From Octopus sinensis (taxonomy: Eukaryota), in NCBI RefSeq assembly GCF_006345805.1, contig NC_043006.1:83700001-83764000 (forward strand): DNA of 64,000 nucleotides, read 5' to 3'. Shown here in pieces: positions 38,051 through 51,911 of this stretch; the first letter of the stretch is position 1; each line of letters opens with the position of its first letter. A program made the position numbers and the translations under genes. A model generated the notes under the pieces. The model did not search any database, was not told where the DNA came from, and saw only the letters and a program-made list of their open reading frames with translations.

Positions 38051-41000
38051 ATGGTGCCCAACTGACCCTTCGATACTGTGTTGTAAACAAAATCAAAAGC
38101 TGGCAGAATCATTAGCACACTTAGTGATATTTCTTCTGGTTTTATGTTTTGAGTTCAAATTTCATGAGGGTTGATTAAATAAATAGCAGTTGAGCACTGG
38201 AGTTGATGTAATCAACTTACCCACTTTCCTTAAATTTGCTGGCCTTGTGCCAACATTTGAAACCAATGTTATTATTATCACAGATCTTATGTAATTTTTA
38301 CAATCCTATGAGTGAATTGTAACCAATGACCACTGATCCTTTGGCATTCTTTCATCAGATCAATTCCCAAGCATCTTCCATGATATTCCTGCACTTTCTG
38401 TAAAAATTCTGTTTGAATTTCAGTTCTGGTCTTCTCCAACCATGATTTCATTCCTTTGTAATTGTACAACAACTGTCTGCTACCATTGACACAATTTCAA
38501 TTTCTTTTTCATACCTCACACCCTTGCAACTTCTCTTTCTTAGTTCTTGCTAATTAAAATTTTTTTTCTTTTACTCTTTTACTTGTTTCAATCATTTGAC
38601 TGTGGCCATGCTAGAGCACTGCCTTTTAGTCGAGCAAATCTACCTCAGGACTTATTCTTTGTAAGCTTAGTACTTATTCTATCGGTCTCTTTCGCAGAAC
38701 CGCTAAGTTACGGGGACGTAAACACACCAGCATCAGTTGTCAAGTGATGTTGGGGGGACAAACATATACACACACATACATATATATATACATATATACG
38801 ACGAGCTTCTTTCAGTTTCCGTCTACCAAATCCACTCACAAGGTTATAGTAGAAGACACTTGCCCAAGGTACTACGCAGTGGGACTGAACCCGGTACCAT
38901 GTGGTTGGTAAGCTAACTACTTACCACACAGCCACTCCTACAATCTGCTGTCACTTTGAAATGCTATATCATACAGTTATTGTACAATCACTTTTTTGTT
39001 GATGATAATTATGCCTTTTTAGGTCTTACTATTTCTCAGTTTTTTTCTTTTCCCTTCTCACATACACTCTGTTGTCATTTCTTGAAATGCTATGACATAC
39101 AGTTATTGTGGTCTCTTTTCATTGATGATAACTACACCTTTTTAGGCCCAGGTATTTCTGAACCTACTTTCCTCTTCTCACACTGTTCTATATAGAAATC
39201 TACAGTATCTTTTCTTTCCATTTATGATTGCAATGCCTGGTCTTTTTGCTCCAATTACTATATGACATTGAATGTTGAAATCCCACAGTTTCCTCATTTT
39301 CTTCTTTTTACACTTAATGATCAATACCACCACCTACTATCTTTGCCCAGATTTTATTTCCCGTTACAGTATCGCGTGGCATTGCTTGGGTTTGTTTCAA
39401 CCCTTTAGAATTGGAATTTTTGAAAAGTAAAAATTTTGCATTATGTAGCTTGTTATTCTCTTTAAGTGAACATTTTTCTGGTTGAAATACACCGAAAAAT
39501 GGCAACACAGCAGTCAAAAAATCGTAAAAAATAAGGATTTTCATAGAAAAAAAGCACCTTTTTGATGTAAATAATTTTTGGTGTTAACATGGTCCAATTT
39601 GAATTTTACCTTGTACGGAAGGAAGAGCAAGCCTTCTTCTATCATACTCTCAATTTTGGTCAACTTGCGCCGCAGGGTCTCGGAGGAGATAGTGTTAGTT
39701 AAAGGCTACCAAACCTACCATACACAGGCAACTTCGGCTTTATATTTAGAGAGATATTTTGTTTCCGATTACCAGAATATGTATTATTGCTTGTCTTCTT
39801 TTCTATTCTCTTTGTATACGTTTACTGAAGTTGCACATTAGGAGACTAAAACTTTCAACTCTTATAACAATGTTTAAATACAAATGATTAATTTAATATT
39901 CTTAGTGCAAAACTATTTATCACATAATTTGTACTAAATGCTTCTTTTTTTTTTTTCTATGTGTGTTCTAGTTTCAACCTTTAGAACTGAATTTCACTGT
40001 TTCCCATATTCCTTGTTTATTCACACTGTAATTTATATCTTCTGATAAACTGTCCATACACTGCTTTCCTACTCCTCTCTGTGTTTTTTGCCTCTATTCT
40101 AACTATATTATATTAATTTTATCTCTGTAATTAGTCACTTAGCTATGTATATCTATTTTTTAATTATCTTTGCTTCTATTATTGCTATTATGTGTAAGGC
40201 TGCAAGCCATCAGAATCATTAGTATGCTGGACGAAATGCTTAGTGATGTTTCGCCTGTTGCTGCATTCTGAGTTCAAATTCCGCCACGGTCGACTTTGCC
40301 TTTCATCCTTTCAGGGTCAATTAAATAAGGACCAGTTACTCACTGGTGTCGATATAATCGACTTAATCCGTTTGTCTGTCCTTGTTTGTCCTCTCTGTGT
40401 TTAGCTCCTTGTGGGTAGTAAAGAAATAGGTATTTCATCTGTTGCTGCATTCTGAGTTCAAATTCTCCCAAGGTTGACTTTGCCTTTCATCCTTTTAGGG
40501 TCAATAAAATAAGTACCAGTTGAAAACTGCGGTCAATGTAATCAACTCATCCCCACCTCTCTGCAAGCTGCCATTGTGGCAAAAATTTGAAATATTTATT
40601 GCTATTATGCAGAATTGTTACAACAACTGGTAAAATGCCTTGTGGTAATTTGTTCCAGCTTTTTACTTTTTGAGTTTAAATCCTCTCAAGGTCAACTTTT
40701 CGTGTCAATAAAAATTAAGCACTAGTCTGATATTGGTTAAACTTTTCCCCTCAAAATTGCTGGTTTGTGCTTTAATCAGATGCAATTATTATTAATTGGA
40801 ACTGCAAAATTATTAGAGCATTGAACAGAATGCTTTGGCATTTTTTCTGGCTGTTTATGTTCCAAGTTCAAATTCTACTGAAGTCAACTTTGCCTTCCAT
40901 CCATTCAGGACATGATAAAATAAAGTACCAAATACTGGTGGTGAGTTAATTGACTAATGCCCTCCCCAAATGCCAGTGCCACTAGTCTGGCTCCTGTGCA

Positions 41001-42539
41001 CGTGGCACATAAAAAGCACCATTTGAGCATGGCCACTGCCAGTACTGCCTAACTGGCCCTCGTGCCAGTGGCACGTAAAAGCACCCACTACACTCTTGGA
41101 GTGGTTGGCGTAAGGAAGGGCATCCAGCTGTAGAAACTCTGCCAGATCAGATTGGAGTCTGGTGCAGCCATCTGGTTCGCCAGTCCTTAGTCAAATCATC
41201 CAACCCATGCTAGGATGGAAAGCGGACGTTAAACGATGATGATGATGATCAAGGCAGCAAGCTTGTAGAATCATTAGGACACTGGACAAAATGCTTAATC
41301 ATATTTCACCCATCTTTCGTTTTGAGTTCAAATGCTGCCAATGCCAACTCTACCCTGCATCCTTTCAGTGTTGATGAAATAAGTGCCATTCAAGCACTGG
41401 GGACAATGTAATTAAGTAGTTCCTCACTCAAAATTTCAGGCCTTGTGTTTATAGTTGAAACGATTATTGTTGAGTGAGAGAGCAGTACATGCCATCATCA
41501 TCATTGTTTAGCATCCGCTTTCCATGCTGGCATGGATTGGATGGTTCAACTGGGGTCTGGGAAGCCAGAAGGCTGCACCAGGCCCAGTCTGATCTGGCAA
41601 TGTTTCTACAGCTGGATGCCCATCCTCATGCCAACCACTCCATGAGTGTAATGGGTGCTTTTTACGTGCCAGACGAGGCTGGCAAACGGCCACGATTGGA
41701 TGGTGCTTTTTACATGCTGGGATACAAATATACGATGCCCAGCATACCCATCATGACTACCCGTCAGATAAGGGTACACCAGGCACATGCATCACAACCA
41801 TATGTGTGCAACGTGGCAATCTCATATCAAGATAAACAACACATGACCTTGCAGTTGGGGCCCAGTTAGAATTTTCTTTAGGTCGAGTAGCCCATCCCAC
41901 TCAAAAGGTCCCTAAATAGGATCTGTTTCCAGAGGTGAAGTATTCAAGCCTCAGAGAATTCCTTTCAACACATGGTTATGATGCTGCCCACAACTTCTGC
42001 TCGTGATCAGAGATGCACATATCGTCAGCCACCAAGTAACATTGCTCAACTGATTAAAGTCAAATAAATGACAAACAAATCTGTGGTATTGAGCAGAATA
42101 TTTGCTGTAGCCCATCTTTTATACCAAGATAAAACATGTACATGATAACACTTCCAATAGCCATTGATTATTATTATTATTATTATTATTTTTATTACTT
42201 CAGTGAGCTGGTAGAATTGTTAGCATGCTGTGCATAGCAGTTATCAGATCAAAGAAGATTTGATAATTATCCTGCAAGATTTAGGTTAAATATATCATGC
42301 TCAATTAAATGTTTCAGACAGAGACCTAACAAAATACTTGCCTTGTGACAAAACAACAAAAGAGTTATTTGATCTGCTAGAAATAGCAGTCAAATTTCCT
42401 GAAATACACATTACTCTTCCCAGCTCTTTTCTTTTTTTTAAGGAAGTAAAACCGAAGCTTTGATGGTCATATGTAGAATGCTTTTGTTCATCTGTTTGTT
42501 CAACATGGAATATCCTACAGTTAAATTAAGCTCAACACT

Positions 42540-43290
42540 GACTTGATTTTAACATCAAGATAATCTTGCTTCATTTGGCTTTATAGTTTCCCTATCTCCT
42601 ACTGCTACTCTTGCAGCTCTTAATATTTCCTCACTATTACCTACATAGGATGTTATATCTACTCTAGCTCACTCTTCACAGTCTTCTACTGATATTAAAC
42701 CTCTGTTACCTTCCTTTTTAGAGAGATATATATATTTCTTTACTACCCACGAGGGGACAAACAAGGACAGACAAAGGGATTAAGTCGATTACATCAACCC
42801 CAGTGCGTAACTGGTACTTAATTTATCGACCCCGAAAGGATGAAAGGCAAAGTCGACCTTGGGGGAATTTAAACTCGGAACGTAACGACAGACGAAATAC
42901 GGCTACGCATTTCGCCCGGCGTGCTAACGTTTCTTGTTACTCCTGTTCTTGGATGAAGTTTTCCATTCATATTAAATTCCTTCCTAGTTCTTCTGTCTAG
43001 ATTTGATAATTCAGATTTTGTCCAATCTACAAAAGTTGCTGAATATCTAAATGGCGATATTGCCCAAATATTTGCAACCTCCACTAGATTCAGGCTATTT
43101 GCTTCAGCTCTATTAACTTCCTCACCCTTCTGCTATACTCCTCAATTTTCGTTTTCATTTCTCTACTAAGTACTCTGTCAGATTCTAATACTCCTAGATG
43201 CTTATACTTTTCTCCTTCTTTCATTGATTGTAATGTTTGGTGTTCTGGTAATTGAATGCCTTCACTGCTGACTCCTGTCCCTTTTTTATG
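42540..43290 (-). mobile_element. R4/Dong-like LINE RT remnant, interrupted by a SINE at ~42735-42935
   Basis: KHLGVLESD...NIWAISPFRYSATFVDWTKSELSNLDRRTRKEFNMNGKLHP, then after the SINE RKEGNRGLISVEDCEE. Confidence 0.72.
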
Positions 43291-43349
43291 ACTAATACTG
43301 TGTGCATACTATGCCAATTTCATACCTATATCTTTGCTGGTGAATCTTT

Positions 43350-43388
<39 letters not shown>

Positions 43389-43676
43389 TAGTGTGTGTGT
43401 GTGCATATGATCTGTATAGATATATGTGTGAGCACGCACACACACACACACACACATATATAACAGGCTTTCTGCACATTCCGTTTACCAATTATTCCTG
43501 TATATGGCATTTGTCAGCCTGGGGCTATAGTTGAAGAGACCCAAGGTGCTGTGTTATGGGATTGAACTTTAAATCAGGTGATTGCAAATAAAACCTTCTA
43601 AACACAGAGCCATGCTTTCACCTATGCTTATCTGTATTTGTCTATCTATCCCTCCCTCCTCTCCCCCCTCTCTCTT

Positions 43677-43709
<33 letters not shown>

Positions 43710-44349
43710 CTGTGTGTATCCACTCACAAACACATGACCGGCTTCCATTCAGTTTCCATATACCAGATTCACTTAGAAGGAATTAGTCAGCCTTAGGTTA
43801 TAACAGAAGACACTTGCCCAGGGTGCCATCATGCAGTGGGATAGAAACCTGCAACCATGTGGCTAAGAAGTGAACTCTCTATGTTTATGTATATAATACA
43901 TACCTGCACCATCACACACCGTCACACATTCGTTTCCTGCCCCGGCTATAGAAGCAGTACACTGTTACCATGTAATCGCATATCAGTTTTATAAAGTGAA
44001 ATGTCAAAGTAACTGTGTATGTAATTATTTACATGGTTGTCAAGTGAGCTTCCTAACCACACAGCCATGCATGTGGACGGATGTTTATCTTTGTATTTGA
44101 GTGTGAGTGTGTTTGTGTGTGTGTGTGAAGGCAGCAAGCTAGCAGAAACATTAGCACACCAGGCAAAAATGCTTAGCAGTATTTCATCCGTCTTTACATT
44201 CTGAGTTCAAACTCCGCCAGGACCAACTTTGCCTTTCATCCTTTCGGGGTCGATAAACTAAGTACTAGTGAAACACTGGGATCGATGTAATCGACTAGTA
44301 CCCCCACCCCACCAAGACTTTCAGGCCTTGTGCCTTTAATAGAAAGGAG

Positions 44350-44383
<34 letters not shown>

Positions 44384-44859
44384 AGGGACAGGCATAGTTT
44401 TATGGTGAAGATCATTCTGCAACCATGTGGTTTCAAGTTCAGTCTCACAGCATGGCCAACTAATGCCTTGTGAGAGTGAATTTGACAGATAGAAACTGTG
44501 TGGAAGCTCAGAGTATATATGTGACATCATCATCATCATTTAATGTCCATTTCCCTGCTGGCATGGGTCGGTCACTTTGACAGGAACTAGCAAGGGTAGG
44601 GTTAGGCTGGCTGCAACAGGCTCCAATTGTCTGTTCTGGCATGGTTTCTATGGTTGATACCCTTCCTAATGCCGTCACAAAGTGTACTGGGTGCTTTTCA
44701 TGTGGCACCATCACCAGTGCCTTTTAAGTGGCACCATCACCAGTGCTTTTTATGCGACATCAGTAGCAGTACTTGGTGTGTGTGTGTGTGTTTGTCCACC
44801 CCACTAACTTTCCACAGACCAATGACGGAAACAAGTAAAAGACTAAGGAGGAACATGCA

Positions 44860-44972
44860 CGTATTATTTATATGCATATATGCTTATATATGTGTGTGTG
44901 TGTATGTATATACATTCATGCATATATGCTTATATATGTGTGTGTGTGTGTATACATTCATGCATATATGCT

Positions 44973-45005
<33 letters not shown>

Positions 45006-45032
45006 ATGTATATACATTCATGCATATATGCT

Positions 45033-45083
<51 letters not shown>

Positions 45084-45178
45084 ATATACATTCATACATA
45101 TATGCTTATATATATATAATATATGTGTGTGTGTGGTGTGTGTGTGTGTGTGTGTGTGTGCATATGTGTGTGTGTGTA

Positions 45179-45209
<31 letters not shown>

Positions 45210-45328
45210 GTGTGTGTATATATGTGTGTGTGTGTATATATGTGTGTGTGTGTATATATGTGTGTGTGTGTGTGTGTGTATATATGTGTGTGTGTGTGTG
45301 TGTATATATGTGTGTGTGTGTGTATATA

Positions 45329-45359
<31 letters not shown>

Positions 45360-45700
45360 GTGTGTGTGTGTATATGTATATATATATGTGAGTGTGTGTA
45401 TGTACATATGTACAGGTGTTTGTATTTATATGTGTGAATGTATGTATATCTACATCCAAATATATATGCTTTTGTATATGTCTTTATACACACACACACA
45501 CACATATATATATATATGTAAGTGTGTATGTGAAGGTGTCAGTATGCCTGCAGTTATTTATAAATGTTTGTGTGTGTGGTGCACATTATGTATATCTGTA
45601 TGCATATATATTTGTACACGAATGTCTATATTTACTTGCATACATGTGTGTATCATACACATTTGTGTCAGTTGTCACATGTCCTTTATATAATGAGATG
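44860..45700. repeat. Compound (TA)n/(TG)n low-complexity tract
   Basis: Interleaved TA/TG runs with a ~50-bp higher-order unit (tatacattcatgcatatatgcttata) repeated about 4 times. It generates many spurious ORFs. Confidence 0.95.
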
Positions 45701-46583
45701 TTTTAGTTTGAATGTCACCCTATAATACCAAATGCCATGTGCCTAGATAACCACAATACAAAATAGCTGGTGGCAGTTGTCATAGAAGCGGTGAAACAGC
45801 AGCAACTGCTACTGCTGTCATTCTCTAGTCCGAGGCGACCTCGGTGAACTGTAATCAAGCTGACCTATGATGAAAGATATTTAAATCTGTCACCATTTGT
45901 ATTTTATCTCTTACTTGTTTTAAACCTTAGACTGCAGCCATGATGGGGCACTGCCTCGAACAAACCGACCCGAATACTTATTATTTTTCAAGCCTGGCAC
46001 TTATTCTGTGGGTCTCTTTTGCCAAGCCACCAAATTACAGGGATGTAAACACACCAACACACACACACACATGCATAGAAATGGCCATTGAAAAAGTGAT
46101 TACACTGGCAGTGCTCCAGCATGGCCACAGCCTTAGGGCTTGTATGTTAGAGAGACACAAATGAACACCCTCCTGCATTATATAGGCATGGCTGTGTGGT
46201 AAGAAGCTCGCTTCCTAACCACATAGTTCTGGGTTCAGTTTCACTGTGTGGCACCTTGGGCAAGTGCCATTGAGTAGATTTGGTAGGTGGAAATTGAAAG
46301 AAATCCATTGTATGTATGAACACCCGTTTTCCATACTTAGGGCTGAAATGTATAAAAGAATATATATGTGTGTATGTGTATATATTGTGTGATAAATATG
46401 TTATATATATATATATATACACACATAGGTGCAGGAGTGGCTGTGTGGTAAGTAGCCAACCACATGGTTCCGGGTTCAGTCCCACTGCGTGGCACCTTGG
46501 TCAAGTGGCTTCTACCATAGCCTTGGGCCGACCAAAGCCTTGTGAGTGATTTAGTAGACGGAAACTGAAAGAAGCCCGTCGTA

Positions 46584-46643
<60 letters not shown>

Positions 46644-46741
46644 ACGGGAAGCTTTATGAAAATAAACAAAAGACGAAGGCAGGTGGAAAACAAACGAACA
46701 ATTGTATTAGTATGGCGCTCAGGAAATATAAATAAAACAAG

Positions 46742-46779
46742 TCTTTAACGTTTCGAGCCTACGCTCTTCAACAGAAAGA
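46742..46779 (-). ncRNA. Minimal type I hammerhead motif (A6U variant)
   Basis: UCUUU CUGUUGA A GAGC GUAG GCUC GAAAC GUU^AAAGA. Same family as 29094, with a compensatory stem I change. Confidence 0.5.
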
Positions 46780-46953
46780 TACACAGAGAGAGAAAAACAC
46801 AGAAAGTAAAAGTAACTAAGATTCAAGTGAGTTCTGTTGAATTCACATGAATGAGGTACTTAACTTAGATGCACCAGAAATCTATATGGTATTAACCATA
46901 AGATAATGCGGGGTGATTATAAGCAAGAAAAAAGCAACAAAAATGGATCAATA

Positions 46954-47042
46954 TTTCGCTACAATTGTTTCGTACGAAAACACCTTTATTAAGGCTGCAA
47001 ATATTGCAGCAAATACACGTGGCCCGTACTCATCAGCCGAAA
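46954..47042 (-). ncRNA. Type I hammerhead ribozyme candidate, intact core, 48-nt structured loop II
   Basis: UUUCGG CUGAUGA GUACG [48 nt] CGUAC GAAAC AAUU GUA^GCGAAA. All core bases are present, stem II has 5 bp, stem III is AC/GU, and stem I has 5 bp with a G.G mismatch at 1.1-2.1. Confidence 0.75.
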
Positions 47043-47392
47043 AAACATCTGAGTTCTCAAAACATCTAAGGGGGTGAGGCTATACCCATGAAACATTCGG
47101 GATAGTTCTATAAAAATCATATGCGTATATGTTTGTATGTCTGTGTTTGTACCCCCAACATTGCTTGACAGCCGATGCTGGTGTGTTTATGTCCCCGTCA
47201 CTTAGCGGATCGGCAAAAGAGACCGATAGAATACGTACTGGGCTTACAAAAGAATAAGTCCCGGGGTCGAGTTGCTCGATTAAAGGCGTTGCTCCATCAT
47301 GGCTGCAGTCAAATGACTGAAACAAGTAAAATAAAATTAAAAAATTTTTTAAAATAAACATGCACACACACAGACCTCTGTGTATGCATGTA

Positions 47393-48330
47393 TTGGGTCA
47401 TCCCATAAATAGTGCAACATTTTCAATTGCATGAACTAAAAGCTGGAGGGGGATGTGATAAACTACCTGCATCAACTTGCTATAAAAGCAGGGAGTAATT
47501 TTACCTCGTCCTTATTCTTAGTGCAAGTTTTGAAGAGTGCAGTTCCAATTTAACAATTATTTTGTCAAAGCTATAATGGAAGTGACAAAGGAGCTTATTT
47601 GGCATATTTTGCTTTATCAGTTCAATAAAGGAAACAATACAGCAGAAAGTGTGAGGAATATTAATGCAGTATAATATTCTTCACACTATGGGGATCGGAC
47701 AATAAGCATAAGCCAGTGTCAATGGTGGTTCCAGAAATTCCAAGCCCAAAACTACAGCCTAGAAGACGAGCCTCACCTTGGAAGATCTGTACACATTGAC
47801 AAGGATGTCCTGCAAACTCCGGTGAAACAAAATCCCATCTTAACTGTTGAGGAACTAGCAGAGAAGTTTGGATTTGGTCAGTCAACCAGTCATTGAAGTC
47901 AGCGTTAGAATAAAAACGATCATCTTTGGTTTCATGGCAAAAGATATTCTTCCATCAGGATAATGCTCAGCCACATACAGTGAGGATGATATTCCAAAGG
48001 CTGGAACAGTTTGAATGGGAAACGATACCCAACCCACCGTATTCACCAGACATTGCCCCATCTGATTATCATTTATTCTGCAGTCTTCAAAATCATTTGG
48101 ATGGAAAAAATATGAATTCTGTAGATGCAGTCAGAACAGTATTGGAAGAGTATTTTTCATCACAGACAAGTGAATTTTGGAAGAGGGGCCTTGCAAGTCT
48201 ACCAGATAGATGGAAGAGCATTGTAGAAAATGAAGGAGAGTATATTTTAGATTAAAAAAGAACTTTGGTTAACTTAATTTTGAAAAATAACAGAAGTATA
48301 AAAAACCTGCATTATTTATGGGATGACAAA
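47393..48330 (+). mobile_element. Internally deleted mariner (DD34D) element
   Basis: TIRs (ttgg)gtcatcccataaatagtgca / tgcattatttatgggatgacaa with TA flanks. Transposase remnants start at ATG 47576 (MEVTKELIWHILLYQFNKG...) and include FHQDNAQPH...PPYSPDIAPSDYHLFCSLQNHL. Confidence 0.9.
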
Positions 48331-48598
48331 TATATTGCGTGATGTATTTATATATATATATATATATATAGTGTGTGTAAAAAAAGGTCTGAACTCATTC
48401 TTATATAAACATTTCTAAGTGTGTGTATAATGTTTTGAGCATGCAGTTTGTGTGTATATGTATGGATGTATGTTTATTTTATGAAAGGGATGGTGATGTT
48501 GGTGACTGTAATTTGACTGGAAAGTGTTTGTTGTGTAATCTGATACTACTCTCCTTCCATATTTGTTTCTCTTAATCCCTTCTCACTCTTGCATGCGT

Positions 48599-48630
<32 letters not shown>

Positions 48631-50546
48631 CACACACACACACACACACACATCTGCACTTGAAGATGTCTTACATTCATTTTCCGCTATGTCAAGTTTG
48701 CCTTACAGTTGTGTCTTATACTGAAAATCCAACCCAGATGACTGTGTCGTTTTTGCAGGTCACATGATCTCTTTTTACAATATATTTTTATCACCTTCTC
48801 CAGCTGAGAACACAACAGTGTGTGTCACCTGACCTTTTAGTTGTTTTTCATCCAATCAGAATTCTTAATTTTTGATGAAATATGCAATTTCACCAAGAGA
48901 ACATGTGAGCCTTATTTTTGCATTATTAAAACTGCCATCTTGTATATTTTTCTAAGAAACTGCCTTTTACTATCAGCCATTGCACTGTATAAGTCAACTA
49001 ACCCAAGAATTCTTGCACAGTCAACTCTTTTGCATGAAACACACATACACACCACAAATGTAGATTCTCATATTCTTTTGCTTCACAGGCACACTCAAGT
49101 AATTACTTTCTAAATGTTATATTTCAAAGATTGTAGTTGTGGCCAATACCAGCATTGTGTAACTAGCACCCATGCTGGTGACACGTAAAAGGTACCGTTC
49201 GAGTGTTGGGTCTCATGGAGGCAGTGACAGGTGACCAAGACCTTTGGTGATATATTGTGATATACTGTACTTTGAGATCATAGTTGTGGCCAATGCCAGT
49301 GTTGTGTAACTAGCACCTGTGCTGGTGGCACTTAAAAAGCACCCACTACACTCTTGGAGTGGTTGATAGTAGGAGGGACTAACAGCCATAGAAACCATGC
49401 CAGATCAGACTGGAACCTGATGCAGCTTACCAGTTTTCAGTCAAACCATCTAACTCATGCGAGACTGTGTGGAGGCACATGGCCTAGTGGTTAGAGCAGC
49501 GGATACGCGGTCGAGGGATCATGGGTTCGAATCTCAGACCGGGCGATGTGTGTATTTACGAGCGAAACACCTAAGCTCCACACAGCTCCAGCAGAAGGTA
49601 ATGGCGAATTTCTGCTGACTCTTTCGCCACAGCTTTCTCTCACTCTTTCCTCCTGCATCTTGCAGCTCACCTGCGACAGACCGGCATCCCATCCAGGTGG
49701 GGAACCTATACACCAAGGAAACTTGGAAACTGGCCCCTATGAGCCAGGCATGGCTCGAGAAGGAACAAAAACAACTCATACCAGACTGGAAAATGGATAT
49801 TAAATGATGATGATGGTGATGATGGCTATTCCTCTCAGTTCTTTCTCTGCTGTATTTTTCTTTGTGGTCCATTGTAACTTGCCTGTTCATCATCTGCCTT
49901 TCCTTGATTGCATGTGTTTGAAAGAATTCATTGTGGCAGGTTTTCTAAAGCCAAATGCCCTCCCTGTTGCCAACCTTCATCTGTTTCCAAACAAAGTAAT
50001 ACTTTCCCATGGCCAGACATGTTTTTCATGGAAGATTGTAAATGAACAACAGTGTTGGTATGATATTGTTGTTTGTTTACAATCTATTTCTTTACTACCC
50101 GCAAGGGGCTAAATACAGAGAGGACAAACAAGGACAGACAAATGGATTAAGTCGATTATATCGACTCTAGTGCATAACTGGTACTTATTTAATCGACCCC
50201 AAAAGGATGAAAGGCAAAGTCAACCTCGGCGAAATTTGAACTCAGAATATAGCAGCAGACGAAATACTGCTAAGCATTTCAGCCGGCATGCTAACGATTC
50301 TGCCAGCTCGCCACCTTTGTTTACAATCATCACATGATGCCAAGACATGGACACACGTACAAGCATACACACATACACATATGGTTGTATATATACAACA
50401 GGCTTCTTCCTGTTTCCATTTATAGCCTGGAGCTATAGTAGAAGACACTTGCCCTAGGTGCCATGCAATTGGCATGAAGCCATGAGCTTGCTAAAGCAAG
50501 CATCCCAACCACATAGCCACGCTTGTGCTTATGCTGCTGATGATTG

Positions 50547-50578
<32 letters not shown>

Positions 50579-50937
50579 ATGTATATATATATTGGTGTGT
50601 GTATGTTAGTGTATGAATGCAAATGTGTATTAATGTTGATTTCCATACCTTATCACTACTCAAGCTGACAAAATGAATTTAACATATCTTCTGGACAATG
50701 TGACTGGTTTCTCTTCTCTTTTGAAGACCTCTGGAATAAGATATCTTTTACATGAAAATATAATAGGATATATAAATAAGAGCAAACATATTGAGAAGTT
50801 CACTTCCCAACATTATGCTTTTGGGTTCACTCCTACTGTGTGGCACCTTTAGCAAGTATTAGGGTTAGGGTTAGGGCCCAGGCCACCCAAAGTCTTGTGA
50901 GTGGATTTGACTGATGAGGTCTGAAAGGAGAAGCCTG

Positions 50938-50980
<43 letters not shown>

Positions 50981-51911
50981 TTTATTTATATAATTATGAA
51001 TATATTTCTATTGTGGTGAATATGAAAATGCTATTTATGAATATATATATTTATGTGGAGGCGCAATGGCCCAGTGGTTAGGGCAGCAGATTCATGGTCG
51101 GAAGATCACAGTTTCAATTCCCAGACTGGGCGTTATGTGTGTTTATTGAACGAAAACACCTAAAGCTCCACGAGGCTCCAACAGGGGGTGGTGGCGAACC
51201 CTGTTGTACTCTTTTGCCCCAACTACCATCTAACCCATGCTAGCACGGAAAACGGACGTTAAACGATGATGATGATGTGTTTGCATGTGTAGGTACTTTG
51301 TCTTGACGTCATGTGATAGCTGTAAATGAATGTGACTGTTATGCCAGCTGTAACATTCATTTCCAGTCTTCCATGAAAACATATCTGGTCACAGGGAAAT
51401 ATAACTTTGCTTATAAACAAATAAGGGTTGGCAACAGGAAGGGCATCTAGATGTAGAAAATTTGTCTTAGTAAATTTTGTCTGACCCATTCAAACATGGA
51501 AATGTAGATGTTGAAACACTGATGATAGTGATGCTGGTACTGATGCTGGTGATATATGAGGGGGTACTGAAAAATTCCTGGCTTTTGGTAAAAGAAAATA
51601 CAAAAGGATTAGTTAATTGTGATTTTACTCAACATATTCCCCTCTCAGATTCAAACACTTATTGCAATTTTTCTAAGCCCTATAAAAGAACCTGGAAGGT
51701 TGGGCCTCCAACAAGGCCCTTCATGATACCCTTAAAACTAGGAACTTTTCAGCACTTCTTCACATATTAACCCTTTTGATACCAATCTGACTAAGACCAC
51801 CCCTCGTCCTATGGTACCAACTTCCTATTTTAAAATGATCTAAATTAAAACCTTCCTCAAAATTGTATGTTCCAAACACCAGTATAATAATGACAATGTT
51901 ATTTTCTTAAA

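Noticed and set aside
44627-45693. Long ORFs (up to 273 aa) rich in C/V/Y/I/H/T
   Set aside because: They are translations of (TG)n/(TA)n microsatellites. The same applies to most short ORFs in the track containing [12 protein letters not shown] or ERER runs.
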